Below are positions 52,428 to 64,000 of a DNA stretch of 64,000 nucleotides, piece by piece (position 1 is the stretch's first letter; every line of letters begins with the position of its first letter). Made by a program: the position numbers and the translations under genes. The stretch is from contig JAWMAR010000064.1 of NCBI GenBank assembly GCA_036785375.1, forward strand, positions 1,054,001-1,118,000. Reading direction: 5' to 3'. The notes beneath the pieces are model-generated. The model saw only the letters and a list, made by a program, of their open reading frames with translations, made no database searches and was not told the DNA's origin. The DNA comes from Leucoraja ocellata. Its lineage: Eukaryota.

Positions 52428-53271
52428 GGCGGCGCGACTCTCGTCAGCAGCGGCCTCTGCAGCCCGTCCGCGTTTTTATTATTTTTTTGTCTATGTTTCT
52501 ATGTAGTTTTTGTTATTTTTTGTTGGGGTGTGTGTGTGGGGGGGTGCGGGTGGGGTGGGAGGGAGGGGGTAACTGCACGGGAGACCCGACCTTTTCTTGT
52601 CGGGTCTCCGTTGTCGTTGGGGCTGCAACGAGGAGCGGCCTCCAACAGGAGAAGACCGGGGACTCTGGTGCCGACGACTCACCTCACCGTCGCGGAGCTG
52701 GCCGAGTCCGGAGCGGGTGGAGCGGTGGTGGAGCGCTGCTGCTGCTGCGGCCCAACCTCCGGAGATTCGGAGGCTGCAACTGCGGGTCTGGCGGACAGCG
52801 GCACCGGGAGCCCGCGGGTCCCTGGAGGGAGACCGCTTTTCAGGTCTCTCGCAACGGCGACTTCTCCCGCCCGAGTTGCGGGGTCGAAGAGCTCCTGGAG
52901 CGGGGCCTGACATCACCGCCCCGCGCGGCTTGGAATGGCTGCGGGACTCTGCGAGCGCCTACCGGGGACTCTAACACCAAGACCCAGTGTGCGACCTCGC
53001 ACCACTCGGCGTGGCTTTAACGGCCGCGGGACAATCGCCATCGCCAGCCGGGGGCTTTGACTTTGACTCTGACATCGGGGGGGGGGGGGGGAGAGTGCAG
53101 TGGAGAGATAAGTTTTTTTGGCCTTCCATCACAGCGATGTGATGGATGTTTATGTAAATTATGTTGTGTCTTGGGTCTATTTGTTTGTAATGTATGGCTG
53201 CAGAAACGGCATTTCGTTTGGACCTCAAGGGGTCCAAATGACAATTAAATTGAATCTTGAATCTTGAATCT
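52428..53271 (+). mobile_element. Related CpG-rich non-autonomous retroelement nested in CR1
   Basis: Same layout as 33343-34108; GCCTTCCATCACAGCGATGTGATGGATG hairpin; (TTGAATC)n tail; host CR1 resumes at ~53275. Confidence 0.7.
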
Positions 53272-54497
53272 TGGCAAGCGAGCATAGCTTTAAGGTGAGA
53301 GGAGAAAAGTTTAAAGGCGAAGTGCGAGGCACATTTTTTATCTAGTGTGTGGTGAGTGCCTTGAATGCATTGCAAGGGGTAGTGGTGGAAGCAGATACAA
53401 TGGTGGTGTTTAAGAGGTTTTTGGATAGGCACATGGATATGCAGGGAATGGAGGGATATGGTTCATGTGCACACAGATATGGGTTGGTCTTGTCTTCATG
53501 TTCTGCACAGACATCGCAGGTCAAAGTGTTTGTTCCTGTGCTGTACTGTTATATGTTCTATATTCTATGGGCAGCTAGTTGTATCTATGTGTGTGATAGT
53601 CACATACATATACATTGCACATTGCCATCATATTTCACCTTATGTACTGTTTGCATCATATCCAAACAATTGACATAAATTGCTCTGGTTATAAAGCCAG
53701 AGACAGCAGCAATGGAATGGAACAAATGGCCTCTGTCCCATACACTTCCAACCATGAAAGCATGACATGATAATAGATGCACTAACTATTGTGAATATGT
53801 GATAGAGGTAGAATATTCTACTTACACCTTACAGGGCTAAGGGGCATTCTTGGGAATTTAGTTTTCCATCCAACAATTTAATGGAGAAAGTCACAGGCTC
53901 TGGTACATCTGAACTGGGCTATTTATATGTTCCATGCAATAGAGAAAATCTACTACATGTCCATATTTATCTGCCTAGGTTACAGAAGCACTGTTTTATG
54001 AGTATACTTACTGTATTTTTCTTTTCCGTGAGGAGATCAACTATTTGATTAGATTATGAGGTTGACAACTTTGAATAAGCAAAATGTTCCCGGATATTTT
54101 CCTTCTCAATTGCAGCAGGTTTCAGAATAGAAATACGCATATGTGCAAGACATTGCTGCATTAACAATCAGCAGATCTGAGCAAAACTGCCACAACCAAT
54201 ACAGGCAACCCCTATCTGGATAATTTTCCCTGGATATTTTAAATGGTAGTTAATCATCATCAAACAATCCCCCAAAATATCAGTCTGCAATTTTTTCAGT
54301 AATACCTTTGAATGAATTCGCTTCAGCAGTGCTACTTAAAATTGAGTGGGATAGTGGTGATAGTGGGGAGAGGGAGCTAGTGGGAAGGATGAAAAGTCAG
54401 TAGAGTTGACCAAACAGTATCAGCAACAGCCAATACACTTCATTCCCATCTGTATTATCTGGAATATTTTTAAAAGCTGATCAATGTCAATCTACAC

Positions 54498-54838
54498 ATG
54501 GCCTCACTCACCCCCTCCATGACACACTGGTCAACCTGAGGAGTACCTTCAGCAACAGACTGGTTCCACCAAGTTGCAGGACAGAATACCACAGGAGATC
54601 CTTCTTCCCTGTGGTTATTAGACTGTACAACTCCTCCCCCTTCTGTCGTGGGATAGATTGAGACTGACTCCCCCCCCCCCCCCCCCTCCCCACACTCCTC
54701 AATCTTCGCACATCCCCAATCCTTTCCACTCGTCACTTTAATCTCATATTTCATATATTTTGTGCTTTTATGACTGTTGGCAGATCAATTTCCCTCCTGG
54801 GATAAATAAAGTTCTATCATATCGTATTGTATCATATT
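54498..54838 (+). mobile_element. Rex1/Babar-like LINE 3' end
   Basis: TFSNRLVPPSCRTEYHRRSFFPVVIRLYN; CCTGGGATAAATAAAGTT plus (TATCG/TATTG)n tail. Confidence 0.7.
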
Positions 54839-55016
54839 GTGACTGCCCAACTTTAGGTCATGCTGCACAAAAGTAAGCCACTTGGCCTATGATCAATGTG
54901 TTGGTTTTGAAGGAGTTATATGATTGTTCCCTCTAGGCCTGTCCATCCCTATGCCCCTGCATTCAGCCTGCAACTCTGCACAATGTTGTTCTTGCGCTTT
55001 GCTTAGCTCCAGATAA

Positions 55017-55274
<258 letters not shown>

Positions 55275-56510
55275 TAGAATCATACACAAGGCCCTTCTGC
55301 CCAACTTGCCCATGCAGATCAAGATGCCCCATCTAAACTAGTTCCAATTGTTACTTTTGACCCAAATCCCTCTGAACCTTTCCTATCCATGTACCCGTCC
55401 AAGTGTTTTTTAAATACTATTATGGTAACCGCCTCAACTACCTCCGCTAGCAGCCAACTTGTTCCATTTCCCCATCATCCTCTGTGAACAAATTGGCCCC
55501 TCAGGTTCCCATTAAATCTTGCCCTTCTCATCTTCGCAAATTTTCATCCAGCATCTCCAACATCCAGATAGCCTTGTGTATTAATTAAAGTGAAGTCTGT
55601 TCCCAAGTGGGTTGAGCTTTGATGGAGCATCTTGGGCAGCATGGACAGGTTGTGCCAAAGAGTCTGTTTCCGTGCTGTATGACTCCATATATCTAAATGC
55701 TCTAAAGAGAAACATAATTCAAAAATGAAAACTTGCTCCTTTTGTTAGATATTTATTCCTATAACTTTGACCTACTTCATTGGGTGTGTTATTTTCAATC
55801 TTTAAATGCTTCGGTGACAAATCACGGGCTGGAGCTTAAATGGTTATGCATAATGTTATTTTATGCTGAAAAAGAAAATATCAAAATATGGTTGCATAGT
55901 AATAGATATATCGAACACAGAATGTATTGTGAAGATAGACACAAAATGTTGGAGTAACTCAACAGGCAGGCAGCATCTTTGGAGAGAAGGAATGAGTGAC
56001 ATTTCAGGTTGAGACCTGAAGTCTAAAGAAGGGTCTCCAACCAAAACGTTACCCATTCCTTCTATCCAGAGATGCTGCCTCTCTCGCTGAGTTATCCGGC
56101 ATTTTGTGTCTACCTTCGTTTTAAACCAGCATCTGTAGTTCCTTCCAACACAGAATTTATTGTAGAGAATACTGAGCTATTACCTGGTTTTATACATGAA
56201 GATAAGGGTAATTGATGTAATAGATTGATAAGGAACCGTCACATGCCACATAGAAATATCCAAGATGATAAACTAATACGTTATAGCTCCCTGATTAAAA
56301 AGAAGCTCTCCACAAAAATAAAGACTGACAGGTGCTCATTATCCCAAGAATAGGCCCTCTTCAGAATGGTTTTCAAAATTATCATTATTATGAAATCTCA
56401 TATATAAATTTATGGACTGGAGGAACTTAATATATCAATTTTGTGAGATTTTTTGCAATGACTATTGCTTGATGCAGAATGTTCTTTTACAACCACATTG
56501 TTACTCCATA

Positions 56511-57094
56511 AGGGCCTGTCCCACTTGGGCGACCTAATCCGTGAGTTCTGGCGAGTTTGCCCTCGACTCATAAGCGCAGTATGGTCGACACGAGGTTGCA
56601 GGAGGTCTTCGTAACTCTCCTTCATGCTCGAGAGTGGTCTCCGCGTACTCGAGGCCTCAGCTAGGTTGCGCCGTATTTTACAATATGTTAAAAAATGCCC
56701 AAGTGTAAAAAAAAAGTCGCAATGAAAAAAATCGATACTTTTTTTAATCGTAGGTTTAGTTGTAGTAGGTCGTAGTAGGTTGGCGTGTTAGTCGTAGGTA
56801 ATCAAGGATAGTCAAAGGTAGTTGAAGGTAGTCATAGATAGTCTTCATCATAGTCGAAGAGAGGTCGAAGGGAGTTCGAAGGAGATCGAAGGAGGTCGTC
56901 TTCACTCTCCACTATTTTGTGTCCAATTTTCCCAAAGTTAGTCGCAGCTAGTTGTAGCTAGTCGAAGCTGGTCTTCAACATAGTCGAAGGAGGATGAAGG
57001 AGGTCTTTTACATAGTCGAAGGAGGTCTTCAACATGTCATTTTTTCAAACTCTTCTAAACTCGCCAATTAGGTCGCCCAAGTGGTACAGCCCCT
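56511..57094. mobile_element. PIF/Harbinger-type MITE with internal GTCGAAGG/TAGTCG repeats
   Basis: AGGGCCTGTCCCACTTGGGCGACCTAAT...ATTAGGTCGCCCAAGTGGTACAGCCCCT. Confidence 0.85.
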
Positions 57095-58296
57095 TTAGAT
57101 AGTCGTGAAATGTAACTATGAGCTAAATAATGCTTGTATTATTTCAAGGAATTAGGTAGAAATATGTGTTCCAATAATAGTCTTAACATTCTGTGTGTCC
57201 TCCTCATTAACACTTGCTTTCATTTCCCCATCCTTATGTACTTAAATTGCTTCATAAACACATCAATGTTATCAATCTCATGGTGATAACTACTTTCACA
57301 TATTGACCATTTATTAATCATCAATTAGCTCATATAGATTTCCCAAGATACAAACTGTTAGTGCAAATCTATAAAGTCATCACAAAAGATTTCAGTCACA
57401 AAGAACATTAATCAGATTTATTCATAAGATTAATAATTTCAGCAAAAAAAGATCATGCATTTCTGTGCCCTAACATATATACCTATAACCATTGTCTTAG
57501 TTGAATTGTAATGGACATGTAGGTGTGATCCATGAGCTCTTTAATTCACTGTTGCCTGAATGCACCCATTGTTCCATCAAGTTATGATACAAAAAACACA
57601 GCTTGAATGGTGTGAAATGCCGAGAGAAGAAATTGAAATTGGATTTATCATGAGAATTCAGTCTATTTTCACGTTGCAACTTTGACCATTACAGAACCAT
57701 TTGCAACTTTACCATCACCTCTTCCATTTGTTTTACATGGTGAACTCTTGCCTTGACCTACATTGCTTAGAACAGAAGTCATATTCATAAGTCGCAATAA
57801 TAGAAATGTATTTGCATTCAAAGTTAAGGGCAACATTTCTACTACATTTTCTTTACAGGCTTTTAATATTTTTAATACATGTAGTTCAATTATAAATCTG
57901 TAAATTTTCCTTAGTGTGCAGGGAGTAGATGCGAAAATGAGTTGAAATATAGCTGTGGAGGCCAAATCAATTAATATTTTTGAGGCAGAGATAGATCGAT
58001 ACTTGATTAGGACAGGTGTCAACGGTTATGGGGAGAAGTCAGGAGAATGTGTTAAGAGGGAGAGATAGATCAGCCATGATTGAATGGCAGAGTAGACTTG
58101 ATGGGCAGAATTGCCTAATTCTACTCAATCCCTTATGACCTAAGATTGATGGATGGCATGAACTTGGTGGGTTGAAGGGCCCATTTCTATGCTGTGAATT
58201 TCAATCAATCAAGATGTAATATTTTTCACTAATGAGGAAAAGGCATTTTATTGTGTGGCGACATGTTGAAATAACTGTTGAAAGATGTTCATTTAA

Positions 58297-58494
<198 letters not shown>

Positions 58495-58616
58495 TAAGTG
58501 CTCACTGTTAAAGATAAGATGTTATCAAAGTAAAGTGCAAATTGGAGTAATATAATGTATTTGAGAATAATTACCTGCTTGTTTAAAATAATAGAGTTTA
58601 AAATAGTATGTACTTA

Positions 58617-58810
58617 AGGGCCTGTCCCACTTAGGCAATTTTTAGGCGACTGCCAGCGACTGTCATAGTCGTAGCAGGTCGCTGAAAAACCGGCAACTGG
58701 ACCCCCCTTTCGACATAAAATTTGAAATAGAATCATCACTTTAACAACAAAGAAAAACTGGAGTCAGCACCGGCGACAAACTACGTCACCTGACGACAAT
58801 CTACGTTAAC
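58617..58810. mobile_element. Truncated PIF/Harbinger-type MITE
   Basis: TTA|AGGGCCTGTCCCACTTAGGC; second TIR not found. Confidence 0.6.
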
Positions 58811-58863
58811 CTTTATTATCTTACATTATCCAATTAACATTCAACTGATGAAGATGTACAGGA

Positions 58864-59237
58864 GGTTACACAAAAGAGCTGGAGAAACTCAGCGGGTGCA
58901 GCAGCATCTATGGAGCGAAGGAAATAGGCAACGTTTCGGGCCGAAACCCTTCTTCAGACTGATCGGGGGCGGGGGTGGGTGGGGACAAGAAAGGGAAAAG
59001 GAGGAGTAGCCCGAAGGCTGGGGGATGGGAGGAGACAGCAGGGGGGCTGAGGAAGGGGAGGAGACAGCAAGGACTAACAAAATTGGGAGAATTCGATGTT
59101 CATGCCCCCGGGGTGCAGACTCGTTGCCGAAACGTTGCCTATTTCCTTCGCTCCATAGATGCTGCTGCACCCGCTGAGTTTCTCCAGCTTTTTTGTGTAA
59201 CCTTCGATTCTCCAGCATCTGCAGTTCCCTCTTAAAC
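58864..59237 (-). mobile_element. Penelope-like 3' fragment with inverted terminal repeat
   Basis: Near-identical to 34245-34500 followed by an inverted copy of the terminus; 13-bp TSD AAGATGTACAGGA at 58851-58863 and 59238-59250. Confidence 0.88.
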
Positions 59238-60506
59238 AAGATGTACAGGACCCTGATTTCCTTCTAAACTTGGTGCTCATTGGCTTGGGAAGAGGTCTAA
59301 GCTTTGAACATTTCCTAATGTTTCCTCCCGTATCACTGCCTGCAAGAGGCAATCTTGACTTCTCTTATTGAATCCACACACAAGATTAGAAGCTGTGCAG
59401 CCAGCGCTGAGCACACTACTCGGCATCTGCATACAATGGTGTCTGCCTTGTCGCTTCTTGTGTGTGGTTGTGGAAACACGGCTGCGACGTGAAGGCTCTT
59501 TCCTTGACCCAATCTTGACTAATAACATCAGTGATTATCAGAGGGAGCTGAATAGGTAGACTATAGGCTTCAGGGAAACAGGCCCTTCCATATACCGAGT
59601 CTGCGCTGACCAGTGATCCCCACACACTAGCACTATCCTTTTTGGAGGCCAAGTCAGTGGATATATTCAAGGCAGAGATAGATAGAATCTTGATTAGTAC
59701 AGGTGTCAGAGGTTATGAGGAGAATGGGTTAGGAGGGACAGATAGATCAGCAATGATTAAATGGTGGAGTAGACTTGATGGGCGAAATAGCCTAATTCTG
59801 CTCCTATCACGTATGATCTTATGATCCTACACACTAGGGACAATTTACAATTTTACTGAAGCCAATTAACCTACAAACCTGCACATCTTTGGAAGAAACC
59901 GGAGTACCCAGAGAAACCCAATGCAGTCACATGGAGAATGTAAAACTCCATACAGACAGCACCCATAGTCAGGATCAAACCCAGGTATCTGACATTGTAA
60001 GGCAGCTGCTCTTCTGCTGCATCACTGTGTAATCAATCACTAAAGCCCAGGTGGACTAACAGGAGTGAAGTGTGCTTTCAAACTCTGATTTTTCCTATTC
60101 CTGAACTTTTGCAAATAATTAAGATTGGGTGTTGAGGTGATTACCACACCTTGATTTTTTTTTCAATTTAGTTAAAGTGAACTGTTGGACAACTACATTC
60201 ATGGCTTCAGTCGAGATTGTACACTAATTTCTTTAAGAACAGAATAATGGTAATTGTTGCAATGATACCAAATCTAAATAATTAGGAATTTCTGAGATAG
60301 GGTTAGCTTCTGCTCGGTAAAAATCTAATTGTTAGAATAATTGTGTCATTGTATTATTTTTCATTGTTATCCGATCCTCTTCGCTTCATTGTAAAATGAA
60401 ATGTTACTCTGGGCCCCATTTACACAACAAAATGTTCATCTGTATCAAACACATTGCCAGAATGATCATTTTAAAACAATGTTTGATAAAATTCCCACTG
60501 GTGCAA

Positions 60507-60832
<326 letters not shown>

Positions 60833-63168
60833 TAGCGATGCCTGATGTTGCCATTGTTTGTTTATCACGACTTATATGTCATATATTAGCATGAATATCA
60901 GTGGGTCAGGCAGCATCTCTGGAGATCATGCATAGGTGATGTTTTGGCTTGGGGCCCTTCTTCAGACTGATTGTGATGGTGTAAAAGAGGGGGATGAGTA
61001 AATTTGGAATAGAGGAGAGAGAGGAGGGCATTTTGGGTCAGGACCTTTGACTTCAGACATTTCTGAAGAAGGGTTTGAACCCAATACATAATTTATTCAT
61101 AGAAAATAGGTGCAGGAGGAGGCCAGTTGGCCCTTCGAGCCTGCACCACCATTCATTGTGATCATGGCTGATCATCCACAATCAGTAACAAGTGCCTGCC
61201 TTCTGCCCATATCCCTTGATTCGGCTAGCCCCTAGAACTCTATCTAACTCTCTTTTAAAGGCATCCAGTGAATTGGCCTCCACTGCCTTCTGTGGCAGAG
61301 AATTCCACAAATTCACAACTCTCTGGGAGAACTCTTCATGTTCTCCAGAGATGCTGTCTGACCCATTGACCTACTCGAGTGTTTTTGCTCAAGATTCCAG
61401 CATCTGCAGTTCCTTGTGTCTACTTTCTATTCAAAGTTTTCTCTCGATGAAGCTACAGTATATAAATATATTAGAAAATCAGATAAGGAGCAACTTAACA
61501 AACTTGTAATCTCGACACAGAGCTATGCACATGTTGGCAACTTAATTGGATTAAAAATTAAGGTGGTGTATATGCACAGATGTGTTGTGGACACAATGGA
61601 GTGGAGAGAGAGTTTGCAAAATTACCTTCATATTTGCTACTTAGTTTTGAAAAGCTCTACTTTTCCAAATATGTATTCTTCTCTCATTTATGTATTTACA
61701 TTTTGAATCTCGGTTCGTTCAGGATTGGGGTGAAGTGGCCCGCTTCCCCTGGTGCTCCCATTCATATCACACACAGTCCAGAACAACCTAATTCCGGGAA
61801 AACCTCAGGAAAAATATGAATTATTTTGCGTAATGAATCTGCTTCAAACCCGTAGTTTCAGTGGACCATAAAGTTGCATCTCAAGTAGAATTGCCCTGAC
61901 ATTGTTCTGCGTGGCCAGTAATATCTCAACTCTCAACATTTATTTTGTAAGTTAAAAGCTGTCATAAATAAAAAAACAATAATGACTCGGCGAGAACAAT
62001 AGACATGCTTGAGCAGAAGCAACTGGACCCCTAACATTGTGTTGAAGGGTGCTTGACTTAAAATGTTAACAGTTTCTCTTTTCACATAGGTCGAGAGTTT
62101 CCAGTATTTATTTTATCACAGCCCTACGTAAAATAGTGGAAGTGATTGTCCGAACGAAATTCGAAAATATTGTCTGTGACACAAAATAAGCTAGCAAACA
62201 ACTTTAACATATTTTCTTTTCCTTCCTTGATAAAGTGATTCCCCACCAAATCCTACAATATTCCCGAAGCCCAATTTGATAGTTGCTTTGGAAATTCAAT
62301 CAGCTGAGAGAGCTCCTTTCCTAATTTTCTATGCATATTCATGGCCTTGTGGCTATCCCTGACCATTTCCTTGTGCCTCTCAAAAACCATATGTCCCAAC
62401 TCCTTTTGATGGTTCCTTTAGTTACTATTAGGTTCAAAAACATAGGTTAGGGTTAGGGCTAGGGATTTTTATTAGGTTAAAACTTTTATTAGGTTAAAAA
62501 AAAAAGCCTCTTCTCAGTATCTTATAACTGATTTCAAAAAGCCTAACTGCCTAATCTTTAGTCCTTCATTTGCTGACATACTTGCACACCATTTATTTTG
62601 CTGAAAACCAAAACCTCTCACATCCAGTTGAATAGCTATTTCTCTGGCACTAGCCTTATCCTCAATTCCTCATGTCCAGAGAAGTATTTTCAGCATACCA
62701 AAAACCACTGGTTTAGACACAAAATGCTGGAGTAACCCAGTGGGATAGGCAGCATCGCTGGAGAGAACCTTCTTCAGACCCGAACTATCACCCATTCCTT
62801 CTCTCCAGTGATGCTGCCTGTCCCGCTGGATTATTCCAGCATTTTGTGTCTATCTTCAGTGTAAACCTGCATCTGCAATTCCTTCCTACACACTGGTTTA
62901 CTTGCCCATCATCAGATCTGGCTAGACCATGTACTGCACTATTAAGTCACTCTGATTTCTGCCATTATGCCCAGCACTTCTAAACCACCCTAAAGAACAA
63001 AAATAATCCACAACCTCATGAAATCATGAGTCTCGTTCCCAGAGTAGGTGAATCGAAAACCAGAGGGCATAGGTTTAAGGTGAAATGGAAAAGATTTAAT
63101 AGGAATCTAAGGGTAACCTTTCCACACAAAGGGTGGTGGGTGTATGGAACAAGATGCCGGAAGAGTTA

Positions 63169-63549
63169 AGCCCCTGACCCACTATGCGAGTTCACTCAAG
63201 AGCTCTACTGAATTGAAAAAAAAAATCAAACTCGTGGTAAGTACATAGAATGTACGTAGTGGGTACGTAGGAGCACGTGGATGTCCCGTAGCGGCTCGTA
63301 ATGCGAATGGCAGGTACTCGGAAATGCAGTAACTCGTGAAGTTCTTTCAACACTGTGAAAAATGTCCAAGAGTACCTGCAGTTAGTTACCGCGTTTCCCG
63401 AGTACCCGCCGTTCGCATTACGAGCCACTACGGAACATCCACGAGGTCCCACCTACCCGCTACGTACATTCTACGTACTTACCACGAGTTTGATTTTTTT
63501 TTAAACTCGGGAGAGCTCTTGGGTGAACTCGCATCGTGGGACAGGGGCT
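63169..63549. mobile_element. Palindromic PIF/Harbinger-type MITE nested in CR1
   Basis: AGCCCCTGACCCACTATGCGAGTTCAC...GTGAACTCGCATCGTGGGACAGGGGCT; TTA TSD. Confidence 0.88.
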
Positions 63550-64000
63550 TTAGTTGAGGCAGGGACTATCCCAACATTTAAGAAACAGTTAAACATGTTC
63601 ACGGATAGGACGGGTTTGGTGGGATATGAACTAGGTATGTTACAAAACCTTCCTGAATCATGTCTGAGAATCTGCCCCACCCTGTGTGCGCGATTTTGGC
63701 GCTGTTTAGAGGGGGCGGGTTTAAAACGCGATTTTTACTAGGCTGTTGCAATCGAAAATGTTCAGCCTAGTAAATCATTAACGAAAAATCGCTGAAAGAC
63801 CCCGTCGCAAAAGGTATTATTAGTATTTATGGCCTTGTATAATAGTTATAGTAGTTTAAAAATCACTCTCTAAACCCGCGACCTCTCGAAGCCCCAGGGT
63901 TTTATAAAGCAAACAATTAAAGGTATGTACCTTATTTTTACATTAAAAGGGGCTTCTTAAGAACCCTGTATATACAGTTTTCTATAGCGACTAGCTAATT

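Larger units (their letters stand above)
51365..53545 (+). mobile_element. Old CR1 remnant split by a MITE and a CpG-rich retroelement
   Basis: SRFVDATKIAG, LDRVQKRLKKMMPRLEGISYIERL, NALQGVVVEADT. Confidence 0.75.

Noticed and set aside
56760-57030. GTCGAAGG/TAGTC repeat array as CRISPR-like or satellite
   Set aside because: Irregular short motifs without unique spacers, inside a MITE in eukaryotic DNA.
62444-62464. Telomere-like AGGTTAGGGTTAGGGCTAGGG
   Set aside because: Only about three units; too short to call an interstitial telomere or fusion site.

Overview
Vertebrate genomic DNA, repeat-rich with two N gaps. The repeat content (HE1-type V-SINEs, CR1/HER1 LINEs, Penelope-like elements) points to a cartilaginous fish, probably a skate or ray; this is inference. 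The only host gene found is the 5' half of pro-epidermal growth factor (EGF) on the + strand. It has a TATA box at ~10631 and nine coding exons from 11067 to 60827 (signal peptide, first YWTD beta-propeller, EGF-like modules 1-4), with GT-AG junctions that join in one open frame of 1408 nt. The gene continues beyond the window. Almost all ORFs in the supplied track are transposon fragments or chance ORFs. Best leads: (1) a ~140-nt (GAA)n-tailed retroposon in two copies whose first 54 nt fold as a minimal HDV/CPEB3-like self-cleaving ribozyme, with the insertion boundary at the predicted cleavage site; (2) a decayed calcium-binding EGF exon inside EGF intron 1; (3) a shortened 5-cysteine EGF module in exon 6; (4) a 5'UTR block that appears conserved with human EGF; (5) hammerhead-core motifs in Penelope-derived repeats that are intact only antisense to the gene. 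Repeat boundaries are approximate unless a TSD is quoted, and comparisons to other species are from memory and need a search.
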